A stretch of DNA of 64,000 nt from Oculina patagonica (lineage: Eukaryota): positions 62,806,001 to 62,870,000 of the forward strand of contig NC_135761.1 in NCBI RefSeq assembly GCF_052425735.1, written 5' to 3'. The notes under the pieces are model-generated. The model had not been told where the DNA came from. It worked only from the letters and a program-made list of their open reading frames with translations, and made no database searches. Below, in pieces: positions 1 through 13,149 of the stretch (positions within the stretch are counted from its first letter, which is position 1; each line of letters begins with the position of its first letter). The position numbers and the translations under genes are program-made.

Positions 1-172
1 CGTAACACGTTGTTCTTCTTGTCCCTCGAATCACTTGATGTGGCAATGCGTGATTCGGGAAGCAAGTGAGTTCAAAGTATGGAACTTGATACAGTTTGGT
101 GTACGGGTTCACATTGGGCAGTTACTTTATTTGCGTTGGCTCTTTGAGCTGGCGTCATTTAGAATTGCAACA

Positions 173-215
173 CCGTGCTGATGTGTCTCAATAAAGACGA
201 AACAGCTGCGCATGG
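173..215 (+). ncRNA. Degenerate minimal type I hammerhead ribozyme motif (Penelope/retrozyme type)
   Basis: CCGTG-CTGATGT-GTCT caataa AGAC-GAAAC-AGCT-GCG-CATGG. Stems I and II and GAAA are present, but A9 is U and the cleavage triplet reads GCG instead of GUC. Confidence 0.55.
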
Positions 216-643
216 TTGCGATCCTGCTCTATCGGTTCTAGTCGGTTGGGGTCTCTCAAAGTCTACATTTTTCATGTAGTAGGATCAACCTTGCAGTGTT
301 GTGTGTTATTAATTTATATAAGATGTTCCTGTATATAAAAGGGGCCTGGTATGGCCATTCCCACGCTTAGTTTTCAGTCAACCATCAAAGCGTAAGCAGC
401 TGAACAACCACCTGCGTTCCGCGCACAAACTATTACAAACATAGCTTTAGCTACAGTGGCACCATTCAATGGAACAGCTTCCTTTTTCGTGAGACAAGCA
501 GACGAGTACCTTGGCAATTTAAAGGACAGTGGCATATTTTAGATTCATGACATTTTGAAGCACCTTTAGTTTGCTGGGAGTTTGATTCAACAGTAGCCCC
601 TTGCATGCACAGCCCGCACGCAAAGTATTCACTTAGAGCTCAC

Positions 644-2651
644 CTGTTCTTAAACAAGCAAGTTGCATCAACCAGTACTCGGGAATTCTGCGTACTATGA
701 CCAGAACTCTGTCTCCTGGTCTGATGTTGGCGGCTGTGCAAAGGACGTTTGCAGCCCTGGTAATCGAAAGAAGCCCAAGTACGTTTGTTATGGTTAGTAA
801 TGATGTTTTGACTGGAAGCAAAGAAACGAAACCCTCACTCCAGACACTGTCCGTGTGTGTTTCTGGGATCGGTTCTACATAGATTCTAGAACTTTCGGCA
901 AATAACTGGAGGCCCACGCTTTAGTTTACTTGAGAAATCTTAAAATTTGGGATTCGAATAATATTATAATGCTTTAGTGTTCAATGCTGTGTATTTTAGT
1001 TAATAAAAAACAGCAAGAAACAGTCGAGAGAAATTCACTGATCTCGTCGTTCTGTTTTGGAAAAACATTTCAGTTAGTTACAGACATCATCATCGTCTCT
1101 TTAAACAATCCCATATTCTTAGTGACCTTCCTTCATGGCGTCTTAAAACCAACAAAACGTTTCTTTCACTGTTGCTTTAATTATTGCAAACAAAGACTAA
1201 GAAGAATTAAATGAAAAAAGGCGTTTTACCAAGTGAAGACATAGATCAAAATGTATCTCAAAACCAAATGACTTTGGCCTTGAGACAGTTTGCAAAATAA
1301 TGCTTCCTGAATTGATATGTTTGTGTTATAAATGTCAAGTGGATAACCGAGATCTTGCGTTTACGTCTACTACACTGTTAATATTTTGATAAACTTACGG
1401 TGAACTTGACAAATAATAAAGAACCAGACAGACAGACAGACAGACAGAAATGGAGGTCCGGCAATCGATTGTTTTACATGGATCAAGGGAGTGGCTTTGT
1501 TACTTATCATTTGAACTAGTTGATAATTTAGCTATTGCATACTGGAAACGAAAGCTTACCGCTTTGAATTTGAAGCAAGATCTTGAAAACTCCACCTAAC
1601 TTCTTTTCCCTCGCCAGCTACCCACCAAAGGGCAGGAGTATGGCTTTCTTTTTCACCATTCTAGAACATGAACAGATGAAGAGAACATGATCTCATCAGC
1701 AAGTAAAAGAAACAAGAGACATTGTTGGAAAAACATGGCAACTGTGATCCGAATGAGACAATTTAGACTAAAATACTAAAAAAAAGCCGGAAACTTTTGT
1801 AAAAAAGGGTAAATTTAATAGCTGCGAATAATACCGTAAATGATCTTATTAACGCCCGGGGCGTCCATTAAATTTACGGGTCCTAGGGGAGGCGTTAAAT
1901 AGATATGAGGCGTTTATTAGAGAGAGAGGCGTTTATTTCACTTTAACGGTAATAACGTCCACAAAATAAATAGGCTGCGTAGTTTGCTAGCGAGGTAAGA
2001 TACAAAACAGAGTTTGTGAGTAGAAGACTAATCTAACCTGCAAAAATGGAAAGCCTAGAGATGTCATTCATAGTTCGATATCGATGTTTTCATTTTCATC
2101 GCGGTCGTTGGCCTCTTTGATGTCCGAGTCAAGCAAGAAACCAACTATATTGCGTGATTTTACTATATGGATCATGGAGCATTTCCTTGGTTTTTGAGGT
2201 GATTCTTGGAGGGGGGCGCCAATAAGACACGGGGCGTTTATAAGACGGGGGGGGGGGGGGGGGCGCGTCTTATACAAACTTTACACTTCAGGGGAAGCGT
2301 TTATTAGATACGGGGCGTTTATTTGAGAGTGCGGCGTATATAAGATCATTTACGGTAATCTCCTCCACAAGGTGTAAGTGGTCTTTTGTAGAGACTGTCA
2401 TTCCCCTTGTAGCTCCTTGCGAACGATCCATTTCGCCGCCTGCCCCATGTCAAACATAACCTGAGTCAGTATCCTGAGAATGTTGAGCGTTTGTTGAGCT
2501 AGAACGTTAACTGAAACTAACACTATTTGTGTTACTTTTATGACGGCGTCACCTTTTCTTCGCTTGCACACTTGTCTATAACGTCAGCAAAGTTGAAATA
2601 GTCCGGAACTTGAGAATCCTTACATCCCCAGATTAAGTCGCCTTCCATCAT
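644..2651 (-). CDS. ACSM3: Medium-chain acyl-CoA synthetase (ACSM-like), 5' part; gene continues beyond window start
   Basis: Three in-phase GT-AG exons: 2651-2553 (MMEGDLIWGCKDSQVPDYFNFADVIDKCASEEK), 1660-1560 (NGEKESHTPALWWVAGEGKEVRWSFQDLASNSKR), 756-644 (AANVLCTAANIRPGDRVLVIVRRIPEYWLMQLACLRTG). They match the ACSM N-terminal motifs PEYFNFA, PALWWV, AANVL and PEWWL..ACxRTG. The exact paralog is uncertain. Confidence 0.85.
1832..2357. mobile_element. Tc1/mariner-pogo (Tigger-like) MITE in ACSM intron
   Basis: TIRs TACCGTAAATGATCTT ... AAGATCATTTACGGTA with TA ends; internal GGGGCGTTTATT subterminal repeats. Confidence 0.8.
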
Positions 2652-2737
2652 TCGCTAATCAGGTTTTTAAAAAAAGAATGACAAACTGTCAGAGGCTATT
2701 GCTTATAATTGGTTCTAATGAGTCTTGTTACCTAGTT

Positions 2738-2923
2738 NNNNNNNNNNNNNNNNNNNNNNNNNNNNNNNNNNNNNNNNNNNNNNNNNNNNNNNNNNNNNNN
2801 NNNNNNNNNNNNNNNNNNNNNNNNNNNNNNNNNNNNNNNNNNNNNNNNNNNNNNNNNNNNNNNNNNNNNNNNNNNNNNNNNNNNNNNNNNNNNNNNNNNN
2901 NNNNNNNNNNNNNNNNNNNNNNN
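2738..2923. other. Assembly gap (N run)
   Basis: Run of n characters. Confidence 0.99.
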
Positions 2924-4489
2924 ACAGCAAACGGCACAAATTTAAAAATCGAACGATTAGTGTTTGGAATGCTGATCGTTCAATAAGATAACCCTGGAAC
3001 GAGACATTTATTCCATAATTATGATTTAATCTTCATGCATGCCGGCCCAAACCAGTGATCCCTTATCCCAAGATGTGACAAATCTTGAGCAGTGATTTTG
3101 GTCTCGTTCCTCGATTTCTGTTTAAAGGAGCACGCAAAACTGTCCGTATAATCCGGGTGTCCGTATTAACCGCGCTGTGAGAAGAACGGTACGGACACAT
3201 ATTTTATAAGCCTTTTTTCATTTGTCATTTTTCTATGACAATGTGTTTTGCAATAAGGTGTACACTTATTAAGACCAAAATAAATACGAAAGCTAAACAA
3301 ATCACCGTATATTTGCATTCGGTCACGGTCACGCGAACTTTAACATTGTTTAAAACTGTTGTGGGCAGTTATCTTCAATTTTTGTAGGCAATTTTCAATT
3401 GGTCTGAACCAAAATATATTCTTACAGAACAATTATCAGAGAAACTCAACAGTTACATCAATTTATGCCTTGATCCACTGCAAATTTTTTCAATACTAGC
3501 GAAAAATTTATTCAATTATCCAATCCTTCCCGCCAACTCCAATAATGCGCTCTTTGTGTATATATTATGCAAAGGAGTAACACTGTTTTTAAAACATATC
3601 ATTTGCTTACCCCTGTTATAGAATCCTTAAACTTTTCAAGCTTTACTGATGTGTTCGTTGGATAGTTTTTATTTCTTACCGCCATTTTGATTGTTAGTGA
3701 GTGTCCCTAACTGATCGCTTCGCTGTCCCCGAGCCCTCCCAGTGGGAGATCGATGAGTAGTTCATAGATAGAGGTTTAGTTTACTAATCTCTAGCGTTCT
3801 GCTAGTTAATAAACTTTGTTGCCTAAACATTGTAGTATGTTTTTGTTGTCACAAAGTAATACTGACCTCCAACCAGGTCTCACGAATTACACCAGCTAGG
3901 CAAGAAAAGCTTCGTGCAACTTGTGCGTAAAATATTTCATAAATACTAAAAAGGGCGGCTAGTGAGCTAAATATAGCAGACCTCGACGCAACTATCGCGT
4001 CCTTTTATGCATCTAGCCAGAATTAGCTGGCAAAAAGCTATATTTCGTAAAGGGCGCATCTCACTGCTTTAACTCTTTGACAATGCTGGACAAGTACGTA
4101 CAGTTACTATTTTTGCAATCGAATTTAGAACGTTTCTTGCGTAACAAATGTTCCTGACACATACATGTACATGTGCCAAAGTTAGGATAACGTTTTTGGA
4201 ACTTCTTACCTATGTTTTCACAGCCGTTAAAGCTTCAGAAAGATCCTCGTTATTTCAGCAACACAAGCAAAAGATGGTTAATGGTTTCCACTAGCCTTTC
4301 AAGAGCCGGGACAAAAAGGAAAATAACTTTAGGGCCTGTTTATGTGAAAGGGTGACCCTGATAACTGAGTTATCCGCCCAAAAAGGGCGGCAAGGCTATG
4401 ACAATGTCAATAATACGCTTTGCTGCATTTAATAACGAGTTTCAACAATAAAAGACTGATTTTATCAGTTTGAATGGAAAAATTTACGA

Positions 4490-4588
4490 AAGAACCCGGA
4501 GAAAAACCCTCCGAGCAAAACCAACAACAAACTCAACAACCGACATGTGTGGGAGGCAAGCGCTCTCTCCACTGCGCCAACCCTGCTT
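4490..4588 (-). mobile_element. Degraded tRNA-derived SINE fragment (same family as 12304-12580)
   Basis: The reverse complement resembles AGCAGGG-TGGCGCAGTGG...GCCTCCCAC...GTTGAGTTTGTTGTTGG...GGGTTTTTCTCCGGGT. Confidence 0.65.
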
Positions 4589-7500
4589 AGAATGTATGAC
4601 TGTATGAATTCGGATTTAGAGATATTGTCGGTATGCAGTTAACTCCGGAGTTCACATAAAACACGCTTGTCAAGACGGATAACCTTGGCGTGGCATCTAT
4701 TGTGTTATGTTGACATTTATTGCTTCACTGTGTTATGCCTCGTTCAACAAAGCGCACCGACACATGCGAATGAGGTGGACCAAAGTGGCCCTAAATTCTG
4801 AAGTTGCTCTACAGTTCTGACGCCAGAGTCACAGTAATTATTCAATTGTAATTAAATCACTTTTCACCGTGAAACTTTGCAGCTTTTTCGTGTATACAAA
4901 GGTTTTGTGATCCACTGGTCATGAATTCTGGATGGATGTATTTTCTATTCTTTCGACCTCATTTGCAATTCAATGTCCGTTTTCAAACGCATCCTTTTTT
5001 TCATAAATAGCTGCGAACCGTTTATATGAAAAGTTGCAAAGTTGGCTTGGGGACAGAGTGACCCTGGGTGGAGGGTCACTCGCTTTGAAGGTAGGGTGGC
5101 CCTTGGGGAAGACAAACATTTTTTATGCGCCTACCAAGGACAACACTGGACATACACAGGCGTGTGAAAACATGAGGGCCATTTGGTTTCGCTCGATTGA
5201 CAAGGACAACTTTTCTCATATAAATGCTCGTTAAAAGACGGCTCGAGGAAGAAGGTAACCCTTCTACCATGTACAATTCTTTTTTATATAACTCCGGTTT
5301 ATACGGACACTAACACATCTTACGGGCCAGCGTAGGATTTCAGGAACATAAACTCACTGCTTGCAGTCTATTAAAGTAGGAAAGTGTGAATAATAGGGTG
5401 ACTCATTGGCTCATTTTGTCAAAGATTTGCTAAACTTGATCCAGATGTCGCAGATTTAGTGGGGGTAATGCACGGTGAAATTACAAAGAAAACAGTCTCA
5501 CGAGGATCGCAAAATCTGCCCGTTTATACAAGGAAAGCTAAGAGAATTAAGTCTGATTTCGACGGGCCAAAAAGAGATGGTTGTATGGCTCTGACGCCCG
5601 GCTTTGACGGGTAAAAAACAACTCATATATGTTGCCCCAGTTAACATGCTTTCAAAATTTACTGCGATATAAGGGCCTCACTGAATAACACCTTTGGTGA
5701 TGTGAGCTCCCTGGGTAAAGAACATTATTATTATTATTATTATTATTATATGTTTCTTGCTATGTAAAAGAAGCCTTCTCAGGAGTAAAAGCGGCATACT
5801 GACGGCATGGGAATTTCTAAATTGCCACTAGCGGCGACACAGTAAACATCAAAACGTTGTGTATTGACTGATAATTGTTAAAAAAGGCTCGTAAATGTAC
5901 TATGAAAGCATAAAAGTGACTCAGAATGCAGAAAATGACATTTCTGGGTGCTCAGATTTTCAAAAGATTCTAGGAAAACATGCCACTCAGACCCTCACTT
6001 TCGTACACTTTGCTTACTGAATCTCATAACGTTCGGTTACAGCCCTGTAGAAATCAATTTCTAGTTAAGAGTAAGGGAAGGCGGCATTTACGTACAGTAC
6101 AAAAAAAAAAAAAACGACAGAGGCATTTACAGCCGTTAGTTTGGTGACATCGGTGGTCTGAAACAGCTTGTCAAATACTGGGTCACACAGTTTCGCATGT
6201 ATATAATATGGTTAGATGTGACAAATCATCGACCTCCATGGCGAAAAAGTGAATCGACCTGGCGGAATTTTGACTTCCCAAGTAGATTTTTTGTTGAAAC
6301 CTGATGGAAAATCAGTTGTCATGTTGCACTAGGTCTGTTACAGAGGGGTGTTTCAATAGTCAGTACCACAAACCGCATGGCTTTTCCTTGTGTGTTTCTA
6401 TCTGCATTTTACTCGTAAAGATATCCAAAAATTGTTTTGGTACACGGGGCCTCCTAAAGCCTCCGTACTACGAATCTAAAATTTCTGCTTGACACTGACT
6501 CGTGTAAACGTTAGAGAAGCGAGAAATTTGAGCTATAGTATTGTGGTTCTTTCGCTATTTCGATTATTTTTTTTTGGTAGCGGTAGCTGTAAATAATTTG
6601 CGGTGTTATTTAGAATTGTTGTTTTGCAAGAGCATGCGTATCCCTCAGACAGATTCGAAGATCCAATTGCTCCATACACTGTCAATCGATAGAAAACGAT
6701 ATCGGAAATCAATTGATACAATCGATATTCACGTAAGCTAATAGGATGGACTTACCTTTAGGAGGTCGAAGCCACTATACGAGCTAAAGCTGATCAACTT
6801 AATGTCTTGAAAATAAGAGCGCCAATTGCTAATTAGATAGATATGCTAATTGGAACAATCATTTTCGAATTATCATGATTAGAAAATACCAAAATGGTTA
6901 TACCAATATGTGCAAGACAAATAATAAGCTAGTTGCGTTTAATAAAAAAAAGGTCTTCTTTTCGACTTCTTTGTCAATGACAATGGGCGTATTACTCGAC
7001 ACAGTAAAAGTCCAGTTCCCTCTCTCTTTCACGCATCGTTGCGTGACAGAGAGAGGGGGTCAGAACTGGCCTAAGAGATGTAAGATAATTTGCATATTCG
7101 CAGATGCCAGTGCCGTCCCAAAGGGCCCAAAGGCCCAGCTCTTGTTTTCGACTTCTTTGTCAAAATAACAATAGCCGTACTATATAAATTCGGCGACAGA
7201 TATCAAAATCGGACGGGGGATGTCTGACAAAGAAAGCTGAAATCTGACCAGGCAATTGCTAAACAATCTCCTTCAGCAATGAAACTACAAAACGTTTTTG
7301 TTTGTTTTATCAAATGTTTACGGTGCCTTCAGCTAGAGCCCAACATTTCCGGCGTTGGATGCCTATTGTTTAAGTTCAAGAGGTGTTAAAGCTCGGTCTC
7401 TGTGAATAAAGAAGCAGAGTATTTAACAATCTCTTGAGACCTCTTGAGTGATGTCCGTCTTTACATCAAGCAATATACCTTGTTGACTAGTCTATATTTC

Positions 7501-8525
7501 CAAAGGTCTCACCTACATAAGGCTAAAACAGTGAACGACGGCGATAATTCCGTCTCTTATGCGTGAGTCTCAGACGAAAATTATACCTGACTGGAAGAAG
7601 GAACGAAGTAAAGGAAGTAGTTTTTAAAATAGTAATTTTGGGCGCGCATTTGGGACTGAAACGCGAAAAGTGCGAGAAGGCCACGCGTGGCCATATAGGA
7701 GAGTGCAAGACAAACACAATGTCACAGGTCGAACTGTTTAATCAAATCATACGGTGTTAACACACTGATAACTACTCTTTGTTCAGAATTTACGTTCTTC
7801 AAAGAAAGTTGAATACAATCGTTGGACTGATCATGAGTTACTGATCATGAGTGAGCGATGTCGAATGAATATCACAACAAAGTTGTCTGAATATACGTTA
7901 ATGCTGTAAAGCTACGTTACACAAGGCCGAGCTTCTTGCGAATTTGAAATCGTGGACCCCTGCCGATGTTCTGCAGTTTTACTGCAGAACATTAGCAGGG
8001 GGTCTAGATTTTTCGACACGTATGAATGAAATTCCTTGACGCCTCTTCGCCAGAGATGTGTTAAGGAATCAATTTACTGGAATATCGATCTGTCAGCAAA
8101 TAGTCACGTCCACCAGGTTGATCGACAGAATACAGGAATTTTTTTAACTAAATATACCACAGTACGTATACAGTCGAAAACGCCGGAAAACAAGGATGCA
8201 AACGGACAACATTCACTGAGGAAACCAGCGGATTAACTAAGACGACAATAACCAAAAATTATTTGCAAAACCGACCATTTGGCCATGGGATGAGTTCAGG
8301 AAGCACGACGGCTTATTCAGTCACGAAACAAAACATCTTCCGGCGCTAAATTGTGTCCTTGTAAGAACAAAATTCTCATTCAGATAAAATTTTATTCTTA
8401 TCCTCAAAGAAACGGGTTTCAAAGAGCGCAACGGCATCTTAATTTGCGATAAAGTTTCAGACGCTAAAAATGACTTTCATCGCAAAACGCGGGAACAAAA
8501 TAGATTACGTAACACACTCAAACTT

Positions 8526-8730
8526 AGAGATCTTCAACCAAGTCTTAACTTCCAGTGAGACTCAATCCGAGCAAAATTGTTTGTTTATTGGCATTGTTTC
8601 CAAAAGTCACGTTTTCTTGTTTATTTTCATTTGTCGTCTTTTGTACATAATCGTAGATCTATTTACAAAGCAGGAACTAATCTAATCTTTCACTTGACAA
8701 TGACATCACGAAGATGTCGAAACGTTTTAT
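8526..8730 (+). mobile_element. Penelope-like element 3' fragment with hammerhead-like motif
   Basis: Encodes RDLQPSLNFQ*DSIRAKLFV, the C-terminus of a PLE GIY-YIG endonuclease, followed by TTGACAATGACATC-ACGAA-GATGTC-GAAACG. Confidence 0.7.
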
Positions 8731-11700
8731 TTTATTATCGCTGATCTTTATATTCAAAAAATATCCACAAGCTTTGCTTATCCGACGTGTAATTGTAAAT
8801 AATATCAAGAAAATTATCATATCACCCACAGGATTAGTTCACGTCTAATAATTTTCTCAAGGCATAGAAGGACGCCCCGTAAATACCAAGCTTAACTAAC
8901 TTGAAGGGGCAATGTAAAGTATCTTCAAATATATTTTTTTTCTAAAAGCCGTATCTCGGGATTTTGTAGAAGCTCGAATTGACGATGAAACTTAAATTCT
9001 GCAATCTGCATTCCAGTCCAATATTGTTTAAAATTGTTCAATTTTCACAGTTAACAAGTTGCGTGCTTTTTGCGCCAATTATAGTCAGGGTCGGATCAAT
9101 AACACATGCAAATTACTTGAACCACATTTAGCTTTTTAAAACAGGTCAATGAGTCGAAGCTCAATCCGGCCTGTGCATAGAAAGACGAGGGGAAAGCAGT
9201 GGAAAATAGAGTCAAAATTTCAAGATAGCACTTTGTAAAAAAGTAGTACAGTACATATGTAAATAAAATAATGTGTTTGTTTTGCTTTCGACCTTAAAAT
9301 GACTCGTATATGCACAGCTTATTTCGCAGGTAACATGAGAGTCAAGACTCCCAATTCTCGACAACAAACTTTCAGTCCTTGCCTAAACCGTTATAAACCG
9401 GACTGGACTTAAAAACAATGAATTGGAAAGAACAACGCTGAAAAACTATTTTCATTTATCGACGTTAACAATCATGGCTGGGCGTCCTGATCAATGACGA
9501 ATTGAACAAAGCACTCCTGTTTAACCACGATTATCCAGTCGCCTAGCTAGGTTTTTGCTCGCTAATATCGTAGGCACTGGACAAGATTAGTTTATACTGT
9601 ACTGACCTTGAGAAATTTCCTTTTCTTGTTGACGCTCCAAAAAGGCATTGGCGATGTGCAAAATAATGTTTTTCTGTATTAAAATCCTAACTTTTAAGAA
9701 ACAGATTTGCGGTTGCACTTTCGGCTGCGAAAGAATTCAAGACACGATTATCATGCTAACTTAACTGTACAACTCACCAAAGTTTGAAAGTACTTCGCTT
9801 AAGATTCTGCTCTAGAAACTCAGCACAGTCAACTGGCTACTGAAAAGAAAAAATTTCAAATCATGTACGAAAACTTACGGTAGGGCGCGTCAAAAAATGT
9901 ACTTACCTCTCCGAGATTTACTGCGAAATGAAGCAAGTTCTTTGAGCCAGCTTCCTAAGTAGGGGACGCGGCATAATTAAAAGAAAACAAAGAAATAATA
10001 AAATTAATAATTTATCATTCAAGACAATTCCAAAATAGAACGCCATTACATACTTACTAACGTGGTAGTAAATAATGTCATTGTGTATGGGATTTCATCC
10101 GTTGATTCTAGAAACTGACAGTAGACATGTTTATAGTTAGGGGTTCCTTTCGATAAAATTTGTTCCATTTTATGCATTTTTTGATGAAATTATTCTTATT
10201 TAATTAAACGTTTTTCGTCTTAAAACAACCAAACAATCAATTTGTGCAGCATTCTGAATTACGCATAAGAGCTGTTTAACTTGCTCCAGGCACAGTTAAA
10301 ACAGTTGCTGCAAAAATACAATTGAAGTTGAAGAGGTTGCTACCTGGGAGTAGTCTTGACGCCGAGTGTTTCTTTTGCATTAGCTCAGCGGACATAATAT
10401 AATAAATCTTTGAGGTCTATGTATTGTTTTTTTTTTTAAAAAGAAGATAAACATCTATAATGGTGTCTCAGTTGCAGCCAGTTCGCAACGTACATTATTG
10501 CCTTTTGAAAGGCAAACAAACCTGTCATACTGTGTGAAAACACTTGAAAATATTTAGCTTTTTCTAGAGCATAACAATACCAATCACTTATGTCTAATTT
10601 AAAAAAGGCCAATGTCGCTGTTTACTTTGCTTAAATTATCTTTGTCGCTGTCGTAATTTCACGGCAGCTTTCTTGTCGTTCGTCGTCATTTCAGTTCCAA
10701 ACTGAGCGTCACGTTAAAAATCTAAAAATGCGTTCACTCGTGACATTCTTTCGAATTCACTCATCAGTTTCTTGTTGACGTTCCAAACTGTCTTGCGGTG
10801 TGCAATCTGTAGTTTTAATACTTAAACAGCTTAACGTTTCAGCCAAAAGATTTACGTTTGCACTATCTATAGATCTCTATAGAAAACGAACCAACAACTG
10901 AAAAAATTAACAACTTATCAAAGTTCGAATCCACGCACCGCGTATGAGAAATTAAGATAGGCGTTTGTTAAAAAAAAAATCACAATTCAAAAATGATTAC
11001 TTAATCATCCGCTTCCAAAAGTCTACATACCTTTCTCAGAGTTTTGGTCGTGAACTTAAGATTAAAAGCGTTTTGTCGCTTAGCTGTCTTTGTGTCGCCT
11101 CTAGACAAAAGATAAGGAGGAAACAGTCAATAAATAGCCTGGTTAATTATCACTGTTTTGGCAAGGCCAAGTTGAAAGTCATAACACACTTAGCAATTGA
11201 GCGTAACGACGAACAGACTATTGTGTAGATGATTTCATCCATGGATTCTAGGAAAGACCAGAAGTTTTAGTCAACGTATATCACGCTGGTCATTCATTTT
11301 TATAGACTGATTATACTCTGTTTCTATGTCTTTATCCTCTAGTAAAGATAATAGCCAAGTCCCCACATCCAGTAGGGCGTAGTTAGAACCCAAGCCTCAG
11401 GCGAGGGCTCTATCAACCATTCGAGGTAGTGAAATAAAATGCGGCCATGTTCTTTTATCAGATTATAAAGACACATAAATTAAAAGAAGATTTCATTCAT
11501 TTTATGAAATTACTACACTCGATGCAAAGCAGCGAGGTTAATTCAGACGTACCGCCGTCATATATATTCTTTGTACTCCGATGAAGAATAGCTCTTTGTA
11601 TGAAAAAGCTATCCACGAGAATATTCTATAACGATTTAAACCTCGCGTATGCAATCAAACTCAGACTCAGCTTTAAGCACATCCATCAAGTCAAATTTCT

Positions 11701-12303
11701 ATATTCATAGCTCTTTCTAGATTCAAATATCTTCTATCCTTAGAAGACTAAACTCTGCCTGAACAACAACTGAACCGGCTGTAATTAGTTGGTCACTATT
11801 TTGGTGTAATTTGCCCGAGGCACACTGTATAGTTTTGGTACTAAAATCTGCCATCGAAAAGGCACTGCCAGATAAATAACATTGATTACATCGTTAGCTT
11901 TTTATCATTTTGTAAAACATTCTTGCTTACAATCGTAAAGCACCCTCAAATTTGATATAATTCGAAAAAAGAAAAACCAAAGGATTCAAATTACAGCGGT
12001 TTGCAAACTTTGATATTATTATTATTATGCATGAAGCTCTATTGTCGTCAAAACACTCGTTTAAAATTTACGTTACTTCAAAAACAGTATAATCTTGATT
12101 ATATTCTAATTGTGCAACTTTAATGGTTTTTACGTGTTATTATAATGATGAAATTCTAAGTACTGTACATGTAATTAAGGAATCGAATATATGCGGTGCG
12201 TGATTTGACGGCTTTAGACTTACAGTCGGGATTGCAAAAAGCATTCGCAAGCACGTAGTATCTTTTTAGAAAGCTATTTATGCAGCGCGAGATTTAAATG
12301 CAT

Positions 12304-12580
12304 GGGGAGCAGGGATGGCGCAGTGGTAAAAGCGCTCGCCTCCCACCAATGTGGCTCGGGTTCGATTCCGGCCCGGCGCCATATGTGGGTTGAGTTTGTT
12401 GTTGGTTCTCGTCCTTGCTCCTAGGGTTTTTCTCCAGGTTCTCCGGTTTTCCTCCCTCCACAAAAACCAACATTTCCAAATTCAAATTCGATCTGGAATT
12501 AGTGGGATCAAGAAGAGCCACCTAGTGGAAGATCCCACTGTAAATTCCCATTTATTTATTTTATTATTATTATTTTATTT
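12304..12580 (+). mobile_element. tRNA-derived SINE (V-domain-like core), near full length
   Basis: Pol III A box TGGCGCAGTGG, B box GGTTCGATTCC, core GGGTTTTTCTCCAGGTTCTCCGGTTTTCCTCCC, and a (TTA/TTTA)n tail. Confidence 0.85.
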
Positions 12581-13149
12581 GTTATGCGTTTACCCGTGTT
12601 TTCGGGCGAAAAAAGCTGCTTTCTCGACCACAGGTACGTTCGCTGCGTCATCCGAGTCAAGGCCCAGACCGCCTAGCCCAGCGGCACTGTTTGCGTCATG
12701 TCAAATTTAACTCTTGCCCTCTCCGCCGGGAAAATTAGTCATAACTCGGCTTTCGCCGAAGATTTGAATTTGCCGCGAGTGTAGTAATCGGAAATTTTGA
12801 ATCTCCCTCGTGCATTAGCAGGTTGTTGTTTACGCCGACCATGGGACTACCTAATATGGCCATCTCAAAACACCTTAACAATATCTATTGTTTTCGAATT
12901 TTCGACCCATTTCTTGATACGAAATTACCCATGTAAACAAAAGACTCAAAACAACACACTAGTATACCACTGTAGATACCGGAAGCATGACGGCTTTTTC
13001 ACTCGCAAAACGTTTCTTTTTGGCTAAACACGATGAAGCTCGAGAGAACCGGAACAAAACACTGAAATGTAACATGTTTAAATACTCAACTTGATGATTG
13101 AGATAATCAACTTGAGATAGATGAAAGATTTTAATTCTAAATGTCTATT

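Noticed and set aside
12306-12380. tRNA gene
   Set aside because: A and B boxes are present but run directly into a SINE body and AT-rich tail; no proper cloverleaf.
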